NCBI GenBank assembly: GCA_024704765.1 | Contig: JAKMXF010000033.1 | Span: forward strand, 682,001 to 746,000 | Reading direction: 5' to 3' | Source of the DNA: Oopsacas minuta | Lineage: Eukaryota > Animalia > Porifera | Length of the DNA stretch: 64,000 nt | Part shown: positions 55,483-64,000 of the stretch, in pieces | Numbering within the stretch: position 1 is the stretch's first letter | Layout of the letters: each line of letters begins with the position of its first letter | Position numbers and translations under genes: made by a program | Notes under the pieces: model-generated | Databases searched by the model: none | What the model was told of the DNA's origin: nothing | The model's input: the letters and a program-made list of their open reading frames with translations, nothing else

Positions 55483-55835
55483 TTGTGTACTTACCAATCA
55501 ATAATGCATAATGTCAGCTCACAAACATATGTATATATTTATAAATATTTATTACGTCATTGGAAATTCATGGGCCATCCCTTCTTCTTGTACTGGCTAG
55601 GCCCCTGATTCATAAATGGATAGTTAATCCATTTTTGGCTATAGTAATATTAATTAATTAACGAATTTAGACAATGCCATCATCCAGCAAATATTGATGG
55701 TGTGTGTTCATCTTAGTGCGTATCAAATTCAAATAACCTCAACATTAATAGGCATAACTACTTTGTTCAACACTCTGCCTACATATATATTACATTAATT
55801 CATGTATATGAACCACTTTCGAATTTTCCATATAC

Positions 55836-56957
55836 ATGGACCACTTTCCAAGCCTTCACCATACCTCCACAAATACCCCAATACCTGATGTTATCATTAA
55901 TCACACTGCAGTAACCACATTTCATATTATACTCATAGTAACAAATGTAGTGGGTGTCCTCTTCTCCATTTCCTGGGTAATCTACGTATGGTCAAAGCTA
56001 GAGAAAATCAAGAAGCAGCTAAAGAGGGTAGATGTATTAAATACCTTGGAGATAAATGAAATGCGGAACAAGGTAATCAAATATTACTTATACCTAGCTG
56101 TAATGATAATAGAAGCAATTCATGTTCTTCTGCGTTTAGTCATTTACATAGTCTTTACAGCGTTTGATTTTCTTCCTCACGAACCAAGCCAACCAACCTG
56201 TCACATTATTGGAAATTACAGTGCGTATTATTTCATAGAACGTCTACAACCTTACCAGTTCATATGGATTGGTTTATCACATAGCTTCGCCATAGCATTG
56301 ATTATTAGTTTAATTGTAACAATGCTATATCTACGGGAGAGCTATAGCTACTATGAAAGGAGATTTAAATGGATCAAAAGGTGGTTGGTAATCGGAATAG
56401 TTCAGTTCTTTGCTGTTTGGGTGTTTCTATCCATTCCTTATATGGCTCCTATCGGATCCATAATATTCACATTATCTACAATATTAGATTTCGCATTCTT
56501 AGTAAAAGCAGCGCGGCGATTGTTAGCCATCTTAAATATGCGTCTTTTCGACTTAAAATTCGAGCCAGAGAAGTATTCCACATTCAGACGCTCACTAATA
56601 AAATTCCAATGGCTAGGTATATTCCTGTTATCATTAATGCTATATTTGATTGGAATAGTGTTTGCACACATAGCTATTTGGTTATCTGTGAGTCCATGCT
56701 TCTTCAGTACTTATTACAACATACCTTATGTCTTGACTGATACACAAGTAGATACAATTTCTAATGTAGCTTCCATAGTATGGCTACTGGATTATGTCGC
56801 GATATTCCAGTTTGATATTGTGTTGTTAGCTGGAAACATAATTTACATGATATATACCCGTATTTCAAGAAAGAACATCAATGATGAGACGAGACAGCTG
56901 ATGAATGACTATTCTAACAGTTTGACTGACTACAGGCAAAGATTATACACATTATGA
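55836..56957 (+). CDS. Orphan 7TM membrane protein, family member 3
   Basis: N-terminal NHT sequon, seven TM segments, NYS sequon and Cys in loop 2, Cys in loop 6. Confidence 0.75.
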   Translation: MDHFPSLHHTSTNTPIPDVIINHTAVTTFHIILIVTNVVGVLFSISWVIYVWSKLEKIKKQLKRVDVLNTLEINEMRNKVIKYYLYLAVMIIEAIHVLLRLVIYIVFTAFDFLPHEPSQPTCHIIGNYSAYYFIERLQPYQFIWIGLSHSFAIALIISLIVTMLYLRESYSYYERRFKWIKRWLVIGIVQFFAVWVFLSIPYMAPIGSIIFTLSTILDFAFLVKAARRLLAILNMRLFDLKFEPEKYSTFRRSLIKFQWLGIFLLSLMLYLIGIVFAHIAIWLSVSPCFFSTYYNIPYVLTDTQVDTISNVASIVWLLDYVAIFQFDIVLLAGNIIYMIYTRISRKNINDETRQLMNDYSNSLTDYRQRLYTL

Positions 56958-57783
56958 TTATGTGATTTATTCAGGAATTTGTTAAGTAAATAAATGTTGT
57001 TGTGTTGATAGAACATTATAATTTAATATAATTTCATTCAGCATTTGTTCGTTTTTGAATACATTCAAATAAAATATTGATTCTGATTTTGCAGTTTCTA
57101 TAAGTTGAATTATGAGATTGTACATATGTAGTGGACTAAGCCGTAATAGACACGTTTAGCGTCAGTAAGGGACCAAAAATGGTGGCCGCTACCTCTATAA
57201 CGCTCATCTACCGTTATATACACATACGTTTATGGGCAATTCCTAACCTAGTAATTGATCATCTTAATTAGGTTTTCAAATCGGACGATAAACAGATAAC
57301 AATCGAGTGATAATTAATATTTACAAATACGTAATGCTTTCAATTAAAAATAGCTATTGTTGAACTTTAAACTCTATTCAATACCATCATCATCACTCAC
57401 TCAAAAGGGCTTAATTTGTGTTAGTATCATGCAGAGCATCAGATTACCAAAGACACGTCATTCTACAACTCTAGTAGCAACTGCAGAAAGATATTACGAG
57501 CTGATTCAACTAATAACTAATCAAGTTATAGTGGTAGAACACAGCTCTTATTATCCGTCAAGTTTACAAGTAGTAGTTCTATACTGTAACTACAACTCAA
57601 GATTATAGACGTGGGTATGCAGTTGGCTACTAATTGTAGATCATCTTCGCATAGATCATCACTTGCTTCAAATTATATATTATACCTTAAATCCGAATAT
57701 CAATTTTTGAGTGAAAAGTTTGGAATTATTAGCTCAAAAATATAGTCTGAGTGTTATAAACGATATAAACGTGTAATTGTTGT

Positions 57784-57873
57784 TACCGTCGAAAATGAAT
57801 TGAGAATCCGCGAATTTAAGTTTCGACCGGTACTTGGTCGAGATCTCAATTTCGCGGATTCTGAATTTCGTCG
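57784..57873. repeat. Imperfect nested hairpin, probably a collapsed MITE
   Basis: AGAATCCGCGAA / TTCGCGGATTCT arms, inner TCGACC / GGTCGA, outer CCGTCGAAA / TTTCGTCGG. Confidence 0.6.
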
Positions 57874-58088
57874 GTGAAATGTAACTGGCCGTATAAATAT
57901 ATTTCAGAACCAAAGACAGTAGTGAGAAGTATTCCAATACGAATACATTTTTACTAAAAACTGTGTGTAATTCGTGTCTGTCCTAACAACCATAATACTA
58001 TAAATTCTAGCAAGTGACATCAATAATTCTTTAGGTAATGATTCTATTAATTCCTAAAAAGGTACGAGAAGGTCAAGATTAGGATGCT

Positions 58089-61000
58089 TTATTGCTGGTT
58101 GCATGCAGGATCATTTTGCTCTGAAACGTTATCCAATTTCTCCCTGTTAACTATTGATGGTTTACTGGTGGCTCGGGCTTTTGCTTTCAAGCTTGCTTTC
58201 TCAGCACGTAGAGACAAATAATCATGTTTTGGCATTGCGGATACTTCCAATTGTCTGCGTTTTTCAACATTCTTACACTGCTCTTCTAAGAAGGAAATCT
58301 TCCGTTGTTGATTTCCATTCTGCTTTTCATAGTACCTCAATCTAGATTGTAATTCTGAGACATTTAATTTATCATTAGATAAAGAAAAATCAATAGGGAC
58401 CTCATTTTTAGACTTTAAATTTCTCCTCACTTCTTCGAGTTGTATTTGTAGAGAAGATTCGGATTTGTACAACTTTTCATTCTCAGTTTCTAGTCTTTTA
58501 ACACACTCTTCTAAGTGAGGTATAATTTCGAGATATTTCTCTAATTCTGTGTGATTGTTATGTATTTTATCAAAATCTGCAGCCTTCGCATCATAAACTG
58601 ATTTTATTTTTTTGTAATCTTCCTTGCAATGTATTAATGTAGTTTCCAATTCTAGTACTGTATTTCTTAGTAATTGTGTCTCTTGTGATTCATCTTTGGA
58701 ATTGCAACTGTGTTCATGTCTCAATTCTGTAATTTTAGTTATAGCCGGCTGAAGCTTCTGATTAAGTTTGTCTACCTCTTTCTGTAGGGCCATTTTATCC
58801 AATCTATCTGATTCTATCTGTGTTTTTAAATGTAATATAACTCCATCCAAGTGTGATCGTGTTGCCCATAACGTCTGATTCTCACTCTGTAGAGAAGAAT
58901 TGTCTCTCTCTACTTCTACTAATCTGTTAGCTATTTCTTCTATACAACTTTTTGGTACATGATCTGTGTAGTGGTCTAGCGTTGTTGTCAGCTCAGCTAA
59001 TTCAGTACTAAGTTGTGTAGATAGACTAGTAGCTTCTTTAACCTTAATTTCCAGCTCTTCAATATTTTTATTAGCATCCTGTAGCCTGATTTCTAGTGTG
59101 TACTTCTCTTTCTCCCAATCCATGATTCTCTTCTGTTTATCCTTCTCTGATATCTTTACCTGTTGCTCGAGTAGATCATTAGCTTTAAATAAGTCTGTTA
59201 TTTCATCCAAGGCAGAATTCATGTTAGATTGAGCTTTCTGTTTATGAATCTTTTCAGTATCTAACTGATTCTTAAATTCTAATATTTGTTCCTTCTGCTG
59301 TAAGATTTGACGATTAAGCGTATGCTCAATTTCACTTTTAAGTCTGTAAGCCTCTGCTCTAAAGGAATTATTTGCTTCTCTCTCTTTCTCAACTTTGTTT
59401 CTTACTTCAATCAACATTTCTAAATCACCGATATAGCCTTTGAGATTATCAGTCACTTGTTCGAGGAATGGATAAATATTTGAGAATCCTTCGAACGTAT
59501 CAATTGGTTTTGTCGTTATATCTTTGTATGCTCTCTCTCTTATCTCTGTCAGCTGATGTAATATGAAATTTATCTCATTCATTTTACTATCAATTTTGTT
59601 ACGCTCTACAACTGACAACATAGCAATCTCATCTGTCATAATAGTAGCATTTGTTTTAGCGATAGGTTTATCTTGCTCTAGCAAGATAAAAGAATATTCT
59701 CTTATTTTAACCTCGTACTGACTTAGCTGTGCTCTAAGACCCTGGTTACTAGTCTTCAGTTGTTCTATCTCTTCTATAGTATCACCATCTTGCTGTATAT
59801 GCGAGTGAGTATTATGTATGTTAGATAACTCAGACTGACTATCAGCCAGCTGACACGTGACAGACTCAATCTGAGTCCTGAGCTCAGCAATACAAGAGTC
59901 CTTACTGGATATGACAGTATTCATGTTCTGTATTTCAGTCTGTATAGAAGCTAGGTAATGGGGTAGCTGTTGAATATCATCTTGAGACCAGTTATTAACC
60001 ATGTGCCTTATTTCTTCTATGTTACCATATACATTCAAACTAGCAAGTTGTTTCTGTGAAATTTCCTTTCTGTATTTGAGAATTTTCTTTATTAAAGAAT
60101 CAATAAGAACTGTCGTTTCTGGTGAATGTAATTCCTCAGTCAGCTGTTTAATCGATTCTACATCAAGTTTATATTCGTCTTCTGTTAGAATATCGTTTAT
60201 TGCATTTTCAAAACATTTCTTTATTTGCATTAGATTACAGTTAGAAATTAATGAACATTCAAGCTCTAGCACTAATTCTTCATTCGTTGCTTCTAATGTA
60301 CATAATTTAGAACTGAGGCCAAATATAATAGTTTCATTGTGTGTCTCATCTAAGTAAGCAGAATAATCGTTAGCTGTGTTTACATCAGTTTGTGTACAAT
60401 TGCTGTATCTGTCATATCTATGAATATCTGTATTGGTAGCTATAGAGCAGTGCTGTATATTTTCTGTGTGTATAGAACTATTTGTTGTCTGTGTGAGAAT
60501 ATCTTCAAACTTGTCTATGAAAGATCTGTTTTCTTTTGGGAGGGAAGTTGGGTCATTCAGTATCTCAGAAATCTCCAATTCAGTTTGTGATTGAGTCGAA
60601 ATAATATCACATGGATAGTTAAGAGCGCTAATTTGAGTAGCCTGATTAACCTGATGTTTACAAGGACTAGTCTGTATCGATACATCTAATGTAATGGCGT
60701 CATCACAATCAGTTTGTGATTGAGTAGAAATAATATCAGAGCAAAGAGGAACACATTCAGTAGCCTGGTTAACTTGATGCTCATAAGGACTTGTTTGTAT
60801 GTATACATCATGTTGTTCTAGTACATCTACACAGTCATTGTTAGGTATACTAGTGTTCATAGATGTATCTAATGTAATGACGTCATCACAATCAGTTTGT
60901 GAATGGATAGAAATAAGAGGAATAGCTTGATGCTCATAAGGACTAGTCTGTATAGACACATTCTGCTGTTCTAATACATCTACAGGGTCAGTATTAGCTA

Positions 61001-62976
61001 TAATACTAGTATTCATAGAGGTATCTAGAGTAATGACGTCACCACAATCAGTTTGTGTACAACACTCAAGGAAATGAATAGGATCATCAGTCTCTGTTTG
61101 TATGCTCGTAACATGTAGGGGTATTCCCTCAATACATTCAGTTTGCATAGATGTATCTATTGTAGTTAAGCAATGTGTGTATACAGGAAAAGGACTAGAT
61201 TGTGTATCTACGGTTGTTATGTTAGCAGTTTTAAGATAACTATGTTTAGGATGTATAGGACTTGAATATTCAGGATTTTCAGTCTGTTCAATAGAATCAT
61301 TATCATTACTTGATACACTAGATCTTAGAGTACAATCACTGTTTCTAGAAGAGAGAGAGGTTTCTTCTGCTGTCCCAATAGAACTATCTTTCTCCTCAAA
61401 GATATTATTAAGTTGTATCCTCAGAGGCCCAAGCTTACCTTCCCTCCTCCTGAATTCTACCTGTGAGTTATTCATCATCCTCCTAGCTATGTCTAAGTTA
61501 GGACTCAACACATGTTCATTTATGTCTCTACGTTTTAGAGCCATTGCTCGCTTCTCAGGTACAGCACCCATAGTGTATCTAAATAAGTAGTAGCAATTAA
61601 ATATGTATAACTAACGTACACGATGTACTTTGTTTCCTTGCTGCATGTAGCAATAAAGTTGCATCCGTGAGGGAGTAAAATTTAGGGAAATTACGTAACG
61701 TAACGTCTGAGTGGCCCCCTATATACATATGAGGTAAATAACAAACTTTTTCGACGCTAAACACTTACCTCCTAGTTGGGTGTGTATTATCTACAACCTC
61801 TGTCAGGGTAGTATTAGATTTTATAACAAGAGATTTGAGACTAGAAATCTTAGATTCCATATCTTTTTGAATCTGAGACCGACAAGAATTATCTTCAGAT
61901 AATTTCTTCTTCAAAGCTAAATTCTCCTTCTCTAACCTTTTCAGCCTCTTGAGCATGATATCTACATCAGAATCATCTGTGTACTCATTTACTATAGCAT
62001 GATTCTCTACACTCTTCGCTCTGCTAGCAAACCTTAAAGTACTATGTGTCTCTTCTATACTAGCTGTAGTCACGGTACATATTATTACTGTCTTAGCATT
62101 ACCTCCCAGAGAAGATTCTAGAATACGAGTTAATTTAGAGTCACGGTACGGAACATAAGAATCTTTCTTAGCTTCAGTCAATCTTCTAATCACACTACCA
62201 AGTGTGAGGAGAGATTTATTTATGAATGTTCCTTCTTTGAATCTCGCACCATCTCCAGTTGTAGCGCTAGCCCTCTCAGAGCCAGCTAGATCCACCATAT
62301 TCAATTGTGACACCTTGATAGTCCCTTCATCGCCCATCTTACTCTCTAATATCAGACGTAATAGTGTGTGAGAACGAGAGCTACGTTCATTCATATTAGT
62401 CTTCCCCGTGTGTCTATTCCTCTCTCCATTTATCAGACATATATCAATACTAGAATAGTCTGTAATATGTGCTTCAGTGAGGTTAGCAACATAAGGTATA
62501 CGATCATCAGTTTCTCTGATGACAAGGTTTGTGTTTGATGGGTTTAGTAAATCCACAATAGCCTCATTGTATATTTCCATGTATGATAGTCGTAATACAA
62601 ACTCACAATTATTAGATAATTCAATATGCTTGAATAGACCAGTGAATGTGAATGGGATAATACCAGGTAATTCAGGTGCACCCATCATTGTATAGGTTTT
62701 ACCAGAAGAAGTCTGTCCGTATGCAAATACAGTACCATTGAATCCTTCTACCACTGACTGTACGATGGGAGCTACTAGCTGATCGTATAGGAGAGTAGTA
62801 GGGGCTGTGTGATCATATACGTAATCAAATGAGTAGTTAGTGTTAGGTAGGACTTTACCTACTCCATTCAACTGACAGATGGTATTGTTTTGTACTCGCC
62901 AATTGTTCCTACCTTCCTCTAGCTCCTCTCGTTCTATAATAGGACGTGCACGGATAGCAACTTTTATCTTTTCCAT
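58089..62976 (-). CDS. CENPE: Kinesin-7 (CENP-E-like); exons 62976-61769 and 61578-58089 (1565 aa)
   Basis: Motor motifs GQTSSGKT, NERSSRSH and DLAGSE. Donor GTAAGT at 61768 and acceptor TTTAG at 61579 join the two ORFs in frame (PTRRYTMG, similar to the CENP-E RRxTW motif); long coiled coil follows. Confidence 0.85.
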
Positions 62977-63172
62977 ATGAAAACAAAACTAAGAGAAAAG
63001 TATTACAAATATTAGAATACCGAATCATTTATCATAGCTATGTAAGCTGAAAGACGTTGAGGATGGCTATTCTGCATGGTCAAACCAATTTGAAATTCAA
63101 TCAAGTTTATCTTCTAATATCCGTGCCAATTGTTAACTAACTAATTATAATTACGTATTTATCTCTTATACG

Positions 63173-63212
63173 TATACAGGTAAACTTCCCAAAGCGGAAG
63201 TTTACCTGTATA
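63173..63212. repeat. Perfect 17-bp inverted repeat with a 6-nt loop, upstream of the kinesin start
   Basis: TATACAGGTAAACTTCC-CAAAGC-GGAAGTTTACCTGTATA. Confidence 0.9.
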
Positions 63213-63850
63213 TAAGATACAGCAATCCCATTCCACCGATTGATTTTCCTATATACAAATAGCACTTCTTGAACCTCTGAGATAGGACACCTCCAACATT
63301 TATATTCTATATTATCTAATTGTAGTAATTTAAGAAACTAGAGGTGTCCGTATTAAGGCTGGGTAGCCACAACATCCTTCATTTTATCAATTTTATGTCC
63401 ATAAAGATTATAGACAATAGATACGGAATCTCTAGGCCAAAACTTGCTCCTGGCTTAATCGGTTTTCAATAACCATTAGTAATACTTATTATTGTCAGAA
63501 TCCGATAATTCGGCCTTAAAAAATATAATAAGTGCGTATAATGGCAATCTCTGAGATACAGCACAATAGTATTGTCCCGATTATGTCGTATCTCGGAGGT
63601 TTACTTGTATTAACACTTTAGTACACCGCCGCGGCTTATAAAATGTTTCAATATCCTTCCATATATAGAAGGAAATATTGATTGTTCTACAATTATGAGC
63701 CAGATGAGTATATACGAGCATATTAGTTCCCAGAATACAGTGGTTCAAATACCAATGCAATTAGCTGGGAAGGTATTCCCTGTGGCCCATCTTTATTAAT
63801 AAATCTAATAGATGGATAAATATATTAAAATAAGAATATGAGTATCAGGA

Positions 63851-63994
63851 TTATCGTATCATATCTCTTGAACAAACTATTATTAGATTCAGCATTTGTT
63901 GAAATTCCTCAAAGTCAAGAACTATTGTATCAGCATCAACCTCATTCATTATTGCATCTACTTCTTCGTCAGTTATAACTTCCCCCAGCGTTTT
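63851..63994 (-). CDS. Terminal exon of a calmodulin-like EF-hand protein (upstream exons lie outside the window) or a pseudogene remnant
   Basis: After the TTTTAG acceptor it reads KTLGEVITDEEVDAIMNEVDADTIVLDFEEFQQML..., matching calmodulin LGEKLTDEEVDEMIREAD...EEFVQMM. Confidence 0.6.
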   Translation of the reverse strand, partial: KTLGEVITDEEVDAIMNEVDADTIVLDFEEFQQMLNLIIVCSRDMIR

Positions 63995-64000
63995 CTAAAA

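Noticed and set aside
56790-56820. DYVAIFQF resembling the gustatory-receptor TYxxxxxQF motif
   Set aside because: The spacing is one residue short, the motif is absent from the two paralogs, and the sequons imply N-out topology, opposite to GRs.
57357-57608. Small intergenic ORFs (also 2703, 3232, 15988, 31272, 34310, 53940, 55426, 57734)
   Set aside because: Short, often with non-ATG starts, and no recognisable motifs.

Overview
AT-rich, gene-dense, intron-poor eukaryotic DNA with a metazoan gene set. This fits a compact basal-animal genome such as a glass sponge like Oopsacas; that is an inference from gene content and architecture, not a database match. About 27 protein-coding loci are supported: an ankyrin protein (partial), a tandem-RRM protein, ANKRD26-like, polyubiquitin, CYP4, PRDX4, SLC25A44, HINT, two KYAT genes, two orphan secreted proteins, GST-theta, METTL7-like, PDE6D, an ICMT-family protein, RALGAPA, SRPRA, neurochondrin-like, three orphan 7TM proteins, a spliced Frizzled-like GPCR, a 2OG-Fe(II) dioxygenase, a two-exon CENP-E-like kinesin and an EF-hand terminal exon. 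Mobile DNA comprises a DD37D (maT) Tc1/mariner element, a foldback-type Mutator element with satellite-filled TIRs and a transposase-RING fusion, and many MITEs. The most notable observations are: (1) a 2.9-kb KYAT palindrome whose axis falls on a small hairpin; (2) a GST-theta/KYAT/METTL7 neighbourhood matching the thiomethyl shunt; (3) duplicated stand-alone M35-type protease prodomains; (4) the MULE-RING foldback element; (5) a multivalent LC8-type QT-motif array in the kinesin stalk; (6) an orphan intronless 7TM family. All protein assignments come from motif recognition by eye; no searches were run.
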